A DNA stretch of 64,000 nucleotides from Myxococcota bacterium (GTDB lineage: Bacteria; Myxococcota_A; Polyangia; JAAYKL01). The notes under the pieces were generated by a model. That model ran no database searches, was not told the origin of the DNA, and saw only the letters and a program-made list of their open reading frames with translations. Shown here piece by piece: positions 1 to 8,253 of this stretch. The stretch covers positions 852 through 64,851 of the forward strand of contig JASJCT010000034.1 in assembly GCA_030065855.1 (NCBI GenBank), in the 5' to 3' direction. Both the position numbers and the translations under genes were made by a program. Each line of letters opens with the position of its first letter. The stretch's first letter is position 1.

Positions 1-208
1 CATCCAAGGCATCCCCTGCTGAGATCGCGCTCTTTGAAACCGCAGGCTTACTTTTTGGCGCAGACGGTTTTTTGAGGGGTTTTTTCCCCTTCTTTGCTTC
101 AGCAGCCAAAAGCGCATCCAGATCGGCGACACTGATACCTGCCGCAGCTGCCACCAGTTGCATCAGCTTGTTCATGGCTCCCCGTCGGGTCATTCCATTG
201 TCGGACAT
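1..208 (-). CDS. partial CDS (N-terminal part only, runs off window start); Lys/Ala/Pro-rich hypothetical protein
   Basis: Minus-strand ATG at 206-208 is preceded by AAGGAGAA. My translation MSDNGMTRRGAMNKLMQLVAAAAGISVADLDALLAAEAKKGKKPLKKPSAPKSKP... stays open to position 1. It is absent from the ORF track because no stop lies in the window. No family recognised. Confidence 0.35.
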   Translation of the reverse strand, partial: MSDNGMTRRGAMNKLMQLVAAAAGISVADLDALLAAEAKKGKKPLKKPSAPKSKPAVSKSAISAGDALD

Positions 209-266
209 GGATCTTCTCCTTTTCGCTGTTTTATGCGAGACGACCTCGCCATTGGATTTATTCAGT

Positions 267-1694
267 TTAATAATCAGCAGGGGCTGTCGGTTGTACCCCA
301 TTTGTTTCGACATGGTGGGCCAGGTTATCGAACCGGGTGAACTCCCGGGAAAACCGCACTTCAATGGTGCCCACCGGGCCAGACCGCTGCTTGCCGATGA
401 TGAGTTCTGCAATGCCTTCTTTGTCGGTCTCTTTATTGTATACCTCGTCCCGATACACAAAAAGGATCAGGTCCGCATCCTGCTCAATGGCCCCTGATTC
501 CCTGAGGTCGGACATCATGGGCCGCTTGTCCGGTCGGCTTTCAACACCTCGGTTGAGCTGCGACAGGGCAATGACCGGTACGTTGAGCTCTTTGGCGAGT
601 CCCTTTAGGGAGCGCGAAATCTCTGATATCTCCTGTTCCCGGTTGTCTGCCCGCCGCCCGCCAGAGCGCATCAGCTGAAGATAGTCGACGACGATGACAG
701 ACAGGCTCTTCTCTGCCATCAAGCGGCGCGACTTGGCTCGGATTTCCAGGGGGGTCATGGGCGCGGAATCGTCCAGATAGATGTCCCACTGGGATAGATC
801 GTTTGCCGCTTGAATCAGCCGGGGCCAATCGTCTTTTTCAAGTTTGTTGCCCCGGATGCGCGTGGCGTCAACGCGCCCCTCGGAAGACAACATGCGTCGA
901 ACCAGCTGCTCCTTTGACATTTCTAGGGAAAAGACAATGGACGGCCGCTTGGTCTCCTTGACCGCGTTGACGGCAATGTTGAGGGCCAGAGAGGTTTTTC
1001 CCATGGCCGGCCGGCCCGCGATAATGATGAGGTCTGAATTTTGAAACCCCGCGGTTTTTTTATCCAGGTCAATAAACCCGCTCGGCACCCCGGTTACTTC
1101 GCCGGTCCTACCCGCGGCGAGTTCGATTTCCGTAAACGCCCTTTTTACGACTTGAGAAATATGGGCGTAGGGCCGTCCGATCCGCTGCTGTGAGGCTTTG
1201 AAAATCGCGGCCTCTGCTTCGTCGAGAAACTCCTCTGCCGCGCCAGTATCGGTGAATCCGCGGGCCACGACCTCCTGAGCGGTGAATATCATGCGCCGGA
1301 TCGCGGCCTTTTCTTTCACGATCTTGGCGTAGTAATCGACATTTGCCACCGTGGCCACAGAATCCGTGAGATTGGCCAGGGCCATGGCGCCACCGATTTT
1401 TTCTAGATCGCCCCGTTTTTTAAGCTCATTGCCGAGGGTCACGTGATCCACTGGCAGAGATGCGAGGGAAAGGGATTCCACTGCCTCGTAGATGCGTCGG
1501 TTCGCCTCCACGTAGAAGTCCTCGGGCCGGATAATATCCTGAACGAGTGGCAGGGCTTCGTTGTTGAGGAGAATCCCGCCGATGACCGCGGCTTCAGCTT
1601 CTTGGTTGTACGGTGGTACGCGCCCCTCTACAGGGGCTGTGTTTCCTTTGGATCTGCTTTGGTTCTCAGGGCGCGTTATTGTTTCACTACCCAT
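267..1694 (-). CDS. dnaB: replicative DNA helicase DnaB
   Basis: 475 aa. N-terminal PPYNQEAEAAVIGGILL motif, Walker A GRPAMGKTSLALNIA, VVDYLQLM, and a RecA-like C-terminal region. Sits in the conserved position after rplI. Confidence 0.95.
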   Translation of the reverse strand: MGSETITRPENQSRSKGNTAPVEGRVPPYNQEAEAAVIGGILLNNEALPLVQDIIRPEDFYVEANRRIYEAVESLSLASLPVDHVTLGNELKKRGDLEKIGGAMALANLTDSVATVANVDYYAKIVKEKAAIRRMIFTAQEVVARGFTDTGAAEEFLDEAEAAIFKASQQRIGRPYAHISQVVKRAFTEIELAAGRTGEVTGVPSGFIDLDKKTAGFQNSDLIIIAGRPAMGKTSLALNIAVNAVKETKRPSIVFSLEMSKEQLVRRMLSSEGRVDATRIRGNKLEKDDWPRLIQAANDLSQWDIYLDDSAPMTPLEIRAKSRRLMAEKSLSVIVVDYLQLMRSGGRRADNREQEISEISRSLKGLAKELNVPVIALSQLNRGVESRPDKRPMMSDLRESGAIEQDADLILFVYRDEVYNKETDKEGIAELIIGKQRSGPVGTIEVRFSREFTRFDNLAHHVETNGVQPTAPADY

Positions 1695-2119
1695 ACCTTC
1701 AAATCCGCAGTGGTTCCGCCGTGGAGCTTGATCTGCACGGTATATACGCCCAGGGCCTTGATCGGCTCGGGGATGATCACCCGCCTACGATCCACAGTAA
1801 CGCCTTCTTCTTCGAGGGCAGCTTGAATATCCCGGGTCGTAACAGAGCCGAACAGCCGCTCGTTTTCGCCAGCGGGCTTGCTCACCGTCACACTCATCTC
1901 TGCCAAGCGGGCCTGTATTTCCTCTGAAGCTGCCTTGGCAGCATCGATTTGCCGCTCTATCACCTTGAGTTGGTGCTCCATCATCTTGATGTTGCGCGAT
2001 GTGGCGATTGCCGCGAGGCCTTGCGGAATGAGATAATTGCGGCCATATCCTGGCTTGACATTGACGATCGCACCGGGTTTTCCGAGATGGGGAACGTCTT
2101 CTTTCAAAATAAGTTTCAT
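1676..2119 (-). CDS. rplI: 50S ribosomal protein L9
   Basis: MKLILKEDVPHLGKPGAIVNVKPGYGRNYLIPQGLA is the canonical L9 N-terminus. 147 aa. Confidence 0.95.
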   Translation of the reverse strand: MKLILKEDVPHLGKPGAIVNVKPGYGRNYLIPQGLAAIATSRNIKMMEHQLKVIERQIDAAKAASEEIQARLAEMSVTVSKPAGENERLFGSVTTRDIQAALEEEGVTVDRRRVIIPEPIKALGVYTVQIKLHGGTTADLKVWVVKQ

Positions 2120-2131
2120 CGCTCCCTCCTG

Positions 2132-2389
2132 CTATCGATTCGGCGCCGTAAAGGGCATCAGGGCGATATTGCGCGCCCGCTTGATAGCCAAGCTCACCTG
2201 GCGTTGATGCTTGGCGCAGTTCCCGGAAATGCGACGGGGGACGATCTTGCCCCGATCGGTGATAAAGTATCGAATTCCCTGAGGATCTTTGTAATCTACG
2301 GTTTGTGTTTTATCCGCGCAAAAGCGGCAGACGCGGCGACGGCGACCACCACCGCGACGGCGAGAGTCTGATCTTCCACTCATTGGCAT
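2132..2389 (-). CDS. rpsR: 30S ribosomal protein S18
   Basis: 85 aa. CRFCADK...DYKD...[33 protein letters not shown] is typical of S18. Confidence 0.95.
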   Translation of the reverse strand: MPMSGRSDSRRRGGGRRRRVCRFCADKTQTVDYKDPQGIRYFITDRGKIVPRRISGNCAKHQRQVSLAIKRARNIALMPFTAPNR

Positions 2390-2401
2390 GGTCCTATCCT
2401 C

Positions 2402-3133
2402 CTATTTCTCGTCCGTGTCGGTGCTGCCCTCAGAACCATCTGATGCGGTTTCCTCTGTGGGCGCTGCTTCATCTGCTGGGGGTGCTGCTTCATCTGCTGG
2501 GGGTGCTGCTTCATCCGCACCTGAAGGTTCTGAAGTCACATCGCTCTCAGCTTGTGCACCCGTCTCTGGCGCATCAGTATCGACTGGATCGGCTGTCTTG
2601 ACGGTTTCGTCACCCGAAGCACCTGCCGCAGCCGGAGATGATGGCGCTTGTGGGCCCTTGCCGGCATCGCCATCTGGCGTATCCACAGCTGTTGTATCAG
2701 AGAGCCCTGCGGTGGGCGCATCACTGCTGTCCTTTGTCTCCTCTGCATCCGCGTCGTCCTCTGGATGGAGCAAAAAGGAAATATCTTCCTCGCGGACAGG
2801 TCTGGCGTCTGGATCCACATCTTCGTCGCGTTTGACGGTGAGGTATTTAAGGATCGGTTCGAGCATCCGCATCACGCGCTCGATCTCCTGAACGAGATCT
2901 GAGTATCCCAAATACCTCATATAGATATAAATCCCCTTTTCTTGCTTTCGAATGGCATAGGCCAGGCGGCGACGCCCCCAGTTTTCCGTGTGCAGCAGCT
3001 TGCCGTTGCGTTGATCAATGACCTCGGTCAACCGTCCGGCGATCTGTTCAATGGCGTCGGTGGTGGCTTCGGGATGAATAATGAAGATTGTTTCGTACTC
3101 TCGTGCCCTATGTCTGGGCAATGGTCGGGCCAT
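2402..3133 (-). CDS. rpsF: 30S ribosomal protein S6 with a long acidic C-terminal extension
   Basis: The N-terminal ~105 aa (YETIFIIHPEA...NWGRRRLAYAIRKQEKGIYIYMRY) are S6. They are followed by about 135 aa of D/E/A/P-rich tail including ADEAAPP x3. Confidence 0.9.
   Translation of the reverse strand: MARPLPRHRAREYETIFIIHPEATTDAIEQIAGRLTEVIDQRNGKLLHTENWGRRRLAYAIRKQEKGIYIYMRYLGYSDLVQEIERVMRMLEPILKYLTVKRDEDVDPDARPVREEDISFLLHPEDDADAEETKDSSDAPTAGLSDTTAVDTPDGDAGKGPQAPSSPAAAGASGDETVKTADPVDTDAPETGAQAESDVTSEPSGADEAAPPADEAAPPADEAAPTEETASDGSEGSTDTDEK
2463..2518. repeat. 21-bp in-frame tandem repeat (about 2.7 copies) inside the rpsF tail
   Basis: gctgcttcatctgctgggggt is repeated head to tail. It encodes ADEAAPP repeats on the minus strand. 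Confidence 0.85.
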
Positions 3134-3274
3134 GGGTCCTCCTCATGGGCTCGGCCCCGGGGTGCACCCGGAGCAAGGAGTTTCAGATATGTGGTGAAAA
3201 GGGAGCGGTTCCCCTTTCGTTCAAGCCCCATGCTTTAGCCCGAGCCCAATCGAAGGTCAAGGAAAAATACTGGG

Positions 3275-4756
3275 TTACAACCTAAAGGTTACATATTGCC
3301 ATCCGCCCCGGACATAGACCAGCAGCAGCAGGTCATCCCCGCCCCTAACCTTTCTTGTCTTGGCCACGAACTCGGCCACATTGGAGACCCGTTCCCGATT
3401 GACTTCGACGATGACGTACCCCCGCTGCAATACCTTGGCTGCGTTTGAGTCCGGCTCGACCCGAGTGACCACGACCCCCTGTATTTTTTCGGCGTTCAGT
3501 TGTCTCTTTGTCTGGTCGTCCAAATCTTCTACGACAAACCCCAGTCGGGTCTTCACTTGTTCACCTTTTGTTTCATCTGACGCGAGGGCGTCTTCTCCTG
3601 GCATTGTGCCGATTTTTATCTTTAGGTGTCGCGTTTTCCCATCTCGAATAACCGAGACCGTGGCTGTCTTGTCCGGCTTGAGCCCGGCCACGAGTACTGG
3701 CAGTTGCCGCCGGGCCTGTTTGAGCTTTTTGCCGTTGATCGCGATTATGATATCCCCCGACCGGATCCCCCCTTTTTCAGCCGGCGATCCAGGCGTTACA
3801 TTGGACACGATAGCCCCGCCTTTGTTGTTGGTCTTGAAGGCCTTTGCCAGATCCTCGTCTGCCTCCTGAAACACGATACCCAGCCAGCCACGTACCACTT
3901 TTCCAGAGGCGCTCAGGGAATCGATAATGCCAGTGGCCAGATTTGATGGAATAGCAAATCCGATCCCCTGACCTTGAGGGGCGATGGCCGTGTTGATACC
4001 CACGACCTCCCCGGCGAGGTTGAACAGGGGGCCTCCGGAATTGCCCGGATTGATGGACGCATCGGTTTGAATGAAATCTTCGTAGACGCCGGGGCCGATG
4101 ATCCGCTCCTTTGCCGACACAATGCCCGAGGTGACCGTATGATCCAGGCCAAAGGGATTGCCGATAGCGACCACATGGTCGCCCACGCGCAGGGCAGTGG
4201 AATCCCCCATGGGCACGGTGGGCAGATGCTTTGCGTCTGGCAGTCGAAGCAGGGCCAAGTCGGTCCTCTCGTCAGACCCCACGACCTCTGCCTTGAAGGT
4301 GCGATCGTCGGCGAGTTGAATCTCGATTTCATCCGCACCTGCGATCACGTGATGGTTGGTTACCACGAGTCCCTTGGCATCGATAATGAACCCACTGCCC
4401 AAGCTGCGCTGCATACGATCGTTATTAGGTCGCGGTCCAGGTCGCCTACCGGGTGATCGGGGACCGAAAAACCACTCGAACAGGTCGTTGGGGCCGAAAA
4501 CCCCGGGCATCCTTCTGGCTTTGGCACTGGTTCGAATATTGACGACAGCTGGGGATACCGCTTCCACCAGGGGTGCCAAGGAGACCCGGGGATCATAGGT
4601 CTTGGGTGTGAGCAGGCCCGCGCCTTTTTTTTCATTGGTCTTGGCCTTGGCCTTTTCCTTTGCAGGTGCAGCGCCGCAGGCAAGGGCGGCCACGAGCCCG
4701 ATAATGCCTACTGCAAGTCCTGTTTTAAGCCATTTTTTTCTAGATAGTCGGGACAT
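3275..4756 (-). CDS. HtrA/DegP-family periplasmic serine protease with two PDZ domains
   Basis: Trypsin-like core with TNHHV (His), DLALLRL (Asp) and GNSGGPLFN (Ser), then two PDZ-like regions. I place the start at ATG 4756 (MSRLSRKKWLK..., signal/TM), preceded by AGGAGG, rather than at the ORF-track start 4885. Confidence 0.9.
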   Translation of the reverse strand: MSRLSRKKWLKTGLAVGIIGLVAALACGAAPAKEKAKAKTNEKKGAGLLTPKTYDPRVSLAPLVEAVSPAVVNIRTSAKARRMPGVFGPNDLFEWFFGPRSPGRRPGPRPNNDRMQRSLGSGFIIDAKGLVVTNHHVIAGADEIEIQLADDRTFKAEVVGSDERTDLALLRLPDAKHLPTVPMGDSTALRVGDHVVAIGNPFGLDHTVTSGIVSAKERIIGPGVYEDFIQTDASINPGNSGGPLFNLAGEVVGINTAIAPQGQGIGFAIPSNLATGIIDSLSASGKVVRGWLGIVFQEADEDLAKAFKTNNKGGAIVSNVTPGSPAEKGGIRSGDIIIAINGKKLKQARRQLPVLVAGLKPDKTATVSVIRDGKTRHLKIKIGTMPGEDALASDETKGEQVKTRLGFVVEDLDDQTKRQLNAEKIQGVVVTRVEPDSNAAKVLQRGYVIVEVNRERVSNVAEFVAKTRKVRGGDDLLLLVYVRGGWQYVTFRL

Positions 4757-4900
4757 GGTACCTCCTTTATCTGCGTCCTTTTTCAACTTAGCTAACAACC
4801 AACCCCGGTGCGTTATTTCGAACTTTCTTAAAAGTGCTGCTATCCTTTGTGTATGGGTAGCTATCTTTTGGGTCCTCAGCAACACGAGGTATAGGGGAAA

Positions 4901-6394
4901 ATGATACGCAATCGTATTCCTTTTTACATGGCACTTTGCGCCATTTTCATCGGCGCGGTCCGCCGGTACTCAGATGCGATTGAACAGGCATTGGGTGCGC
5001 CAGGGGCCATTGAGGGTGTACTCCCGAGCACGGGCTTTTGGGTTATCGTATCTGCGGTCTGTATCGCTGCCAGTCTCATCCCCCTTAATTTCTTTGGCTC
5101 GGGAACGTCTGCCGCTGCCCTTTCCAGACGGCACCTTGTCAAAGAGACGATACCCCAAATCGCGCGGCGTCTAGAAAATTATTGCCAGCAATCAAGGCCG
5201 GATATTCCCCTCATCGTCGATTACATTATTTTTCAGGCCAGGGCGAACGCCGCCTCGGACATTCACTTTGATCCCACCAAAGAGGGGTTTGTGGTGCGGT
5301 TCCGCCTGGACGGCATGATGGGGGATGTGGCCAGCATCCCAGCACGACTTACCCAAGCCATTGCCAACCGCTTCAAGGTGCTGTCGAACCTGGTTGTGTA
5401 CGAGGGGTTTTTGCCTCAGGACGGCCGGCTGGGATCGGACAAATCGCCCCACAGGGCGGCTGACCCGTCCAAGGGGGGGGATTTCCGCATTGCGTTCATG
5501 CCCACGCTCCACGGGGAGCGCATCGTCATCCGCATCTTGGGTGGGGCTGGTGAGGCCTACAATTTCTCTGAGCTGGGCATGGAAGACCACCACCAAAAGC
5601 TCGTGGATCGATTCATTTCAGAACCCCAGGGCATGGTCATTCTTACCGGGCCGACCGGTTCGGGAAAGACAACGACGATTTACGCTGCACTTCGCGCCAT
5701 CCAGGAGCAGACCGGCGCGGTTCGGTCCATCTCGACCCTCGAAGATCCCATTGAATACGAAATTCCTGGCATCAACCAGTCCCAGGTGAACGAGAAAAAG
5801 AGCTTTACATTTGAAAAAGGGCTACGGGCGCTCCTGAGGCAGGATCCGGACGTGATCATGGTGGGGGAGATACGGGATTCGGAAACCGCTGGCATTGCGA
5901 TCCAGGCGGGCATGACCGGCCACCTGATCATTACGACGGTCCATGCGAATTCAACGGCCGCGACATTTTCCCGCTTGCTCGAAATGGGCGTGGCCCCGTA
6001 CGCGCTCAATACCGCTGTAACGGCGGTCATTGCCCAGCGTCTGGTGCGGCGCATCTGCCTGGGGTGCCGAGCAGAGCGGTCACTGATGCCAAACGAGGCA
6101 GCGGCCCTCGGTATTGATCTGGACGGGGGCGGAGCCATGATCGTGTTCGAGGGTCGCGGCTGCGCGGGTTGCGATGGCAGCGGGTATAAGGGGCGACATG
6201 CGCTTTTCGAGATCCTGGCGGTCACAGAAACGATTCGAACCCTGGTCGGCAAAGGCGCCTCAGCCGATGAGATCTACGCCAGGGCGCGAAAAGAAGGCAT
6301 GACCAATTTGCTCGATAGCAGTATCGTTGCGCTAAAAAAAGGCATCACCACACCGGACGAGGTGTTGCGCGTCATCGCTTCGGATCGCCGATAG
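4901..6394 (+). CDS. GspE/PilB-family secretion ATPase with a hydrophobic N-terminal anchor
   Basis: ASDIHFDP...FRLDG, Walker A GPTGSGKTTT, Walker B DPDVIMVGEIRD, His box GHLIITTVHAN, and tetracysteine CLGC...CAGCDGSGYKGR. The first ~100 aa contain one or two hydrophobic helices (FYMALCAIFIGAV, GFWVIVSAVCIAASLIPLNFF) instead of a soluble N1 domain. Confidence 0.85.
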   Translation: MIRNRIPFYMALCAIFIGAVRRYSDAIEQALGAPGAIEGVLPSTGFWVIVSAVCIAASLIPLNFFGSGTSAAALSRRHLVKETIPQIARRLENYCQQSRPDIPLIVDYIIFQARANAASDIHFDPTKEGFVVRFRLDGMMGDVASIPARLTQAIANRFKVLSNLVVYEGFLPQDGRLGSDKSPHRAADPSKGGDFRIAFMPTLHGERIVIRILGGAGEAYNFSELGMEDHHQKLVDRFISEPQGMVILTGPTGSGKTTTIYAALRAIQEQTGAVRSISTLEDPIEYEIPGINQSQVNEKKSFTFEKGLRALLRQDPDVIMVGEIRDSETAGIAIQAGMTGHLIITTVHANSTAATFSRLLEMGVAPYALNTAVTAVIAQRLVRRICLGCRAERSLMPNEAAALGIDLDGGGAMIVFEGRGCAGCDGSGYKGRHALFEILAVTETIRTLVGKGASADEIYARARKEGMTNLLDSSIVALKKGITTPDEVLRVIASDRR

Positions 6395-6484
6395 GTGAAC
6401 ACCGTCGTCGCGCACCTGGAATTGACCCGTTCCCAGATTAGTGATTAATATTCCTGGGATAGTGTATCAACCAATCAAGCGCCC

Positions 6485-7975
6485 ATGAACACGCGTCGCC
6501 ATTTCTTAATTATCCTGATCCTTCTCCTGTTTGGATCCTCGGCCGTGGCATCGGAAAAATACGCCGGCGCCTGGGAGATGGTGTTCATGAGTTATAACGT
6601 TAAGATCAAGAGCTGGGGCGATCACTGCGGTCCGCGACCCAAATCGCTTACGTCAAAGCAGCGGCGTTCAGTGGACATCACATCGCAAGGGGGACACCTC
6701 ATTTTTTCTAAGGGGGGTCTGCGCACGGATCGATGCGGCTCGCCCAATCCGCGACTTCGAACCATGTCGAAGCTGGCCACAAAGGGCAAATGGACGCGTA
6801 CGTGTCAGACGCCGACTGGAGACGCCAAGTATGAATGGGGCCGCTATACGCTTTTGGCAAAGGAGAGGGATACAATCGAATACACGGCCCTATCGAAGTT
6901 TGACTGGACACTCAAAGGCGACCACTGCATTGCTGAATCGATTGAGCGACGCGTATTTGAGCGACGTGCCTCGATCAATGAAATAGAACCCTCGACTGAA
7001 ACAAAACCCTCGACCGAAACAAAACCCTCGACTGAAATAGAACCCTCGACCCCCGAATGCGACCCCCCCGGTCCACCCAGGCGGCTTTTGATCGAACCGC
7101 ATCGGGTACAGCTGGGTCCGGGCAAGCGCGCCTGTTTTGAAGCGACCGCAATCGACGCGGCTGATTGCCGAACCCCTGTGTCTCCTAGGTGGGTAGTCAC
7201 ACAGGGCGGGCATCCGGTTCAGGGGCTCATGACCTCTTGGGGTTGCTTTGTGGCTGGCGACACCGCAGCTGAATCCGAAGGGATGTATATCGTTACCGCC
7301 CGGTACCGGGGCAAGACAGCTGCGGCCGAAGTAAATGTTGTGTTTCCGGATTTTGCCGAGCTTTTGGGAGCGCGTCTCAGACCCCTAGCGGACATCTCGG
7401 ATCCGCATCAACCTGAAAAATCACTTGCGGACGCGGCGCCGACACAAGATACTGATCAGCAATCCGGCAGTGCCCTGCCTGTAACGACTCCCCCCCCTGG
7501 GGCAAGGGACGCAGGGACGTCCCTTTCACTGGCAGGGGATACTGTCCCGTCTGCTGCGCCGAGCGGTGGAAAAACATGGATCTTTTGGGCCTTTCTCTTC
7601 GTAGGTATCGCCGCCCTTGGGGGAGGGATGTTTTGGCGACGCAAAAAAATGCAAGCGGTTTTTGCCGAGGGCAGCGGCAAGTGGGGCGTTGATCTGCCCG
7701 ATGACCCGGTCGGTGTGATCTGCCCGATCTGCAAGCGGCAGTATCCCAGCGATGCAAGGTTTTGTCCGGAAGACGGCCAGCGGTTGGTTACAGAGGCAGC
7801 TGATATCCAGAGCAGCCCACCGGAGTCGACTTCTTCTGCTGATGCGGGTCAGGGGATGGTCTGCCCCAGTTGCCACCGCGGCTACGACGAGAAAGCGCGG
7901 TTCTGTCCCCATGATGCCGAGCCGCTCGTGCCTTATTCAGAGTGGCGGGTGGCCAACCAGGCGAAAAAATTTTGA
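6485..7975 (+). CDS. single-pass membrane protein: signal peptide, PSTE repeats, Ig-like region, TM helix, two cytoplasmic zinc-ribbon motifs
   Basis: Signal peptide MNTRRHFLIILILLLFGSSAVA. TM helix WIFWAFLFVGIAALGGGMFW. C-terminal CPICKRQYPSDARFCPEDGQRL and CPSCHRGYDEKARFCPHDAEPL (CxxC...CP.DG type ribbons). Confidence 0.6.
   Translation: MNTRRHFLIILILLLFGSSAVASEKYAGAWEMVFMSYNVKIKSWGDHCGPRPKSLTSKQRRSVDITSQGGHLIFSKGGLRTDRCGSPNPRLRTMSKLATKGKWTRTCQTPTGDAKYEWGRYTLLAKERDTIEYTALSKFDWTLKGDHCIAESIERRVFERRASINEIEPSTETKPSTETKPSTEIEPSTPECDPPGPPRRLLIEPHRVQLGPGKRACFEATAIDAADCRTPVSPRWVVTQGGHPVQGLMTSWGCFVAGDTAAESEGMYIVTARYRGKTAAAEVNVVFPDFAELLGARLRPLADISDPHQPEKSLADAAPTQDTDQQSGSALPVTTPPPGARDAGTSLSLAGDTVPSAAPSGGKTWIFWAFLFVGIAALGGGMFWRRKKMQAVFAEGSGKWGVDLPDDPVGVICPICKRQYPSDARFCPEDGQRLVTEAADIQSSPPESTSSADAGQGMVCPSCHRGYDEKARFCPHDAEPLVPYSEWRVANQAKKF
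6981..7052. repeat. 18-bp in-frame tandem repeat (about 4 copies) encoding (E/K)PSTE(T/I)
   Basis: gaaccctcgactgaaaca-type units are read directly. The protein shows EPSTETKPSTETKPSTEIEPST. Confidence 0.85.
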
Positions 7976-8253
7976 ATCTAATGCTTAAAAAAAAAGAAAT
8001 AGTCGCGATCAAAATAGGCAATAAGACGTTTTCCTTAAAAGAAGGGTTGTTAAATGAAGATTCACTTTCAAAAAGGCCAGTGAAATGCTTTCTTGAAGGA
8101 AGGATCGTTAAATGAGGATTCATTTTAGGATGGGTTGATTTAAACTGTGGTCTTCCTTAGAATCGCATGTGCAGCTGGGCTTTTATCTGTCCAGCGAAAA
8201 GGGACATCCCCAGGGCGAGCTGAGTGGGATACCCAGGAATCGAGGACACCAAT

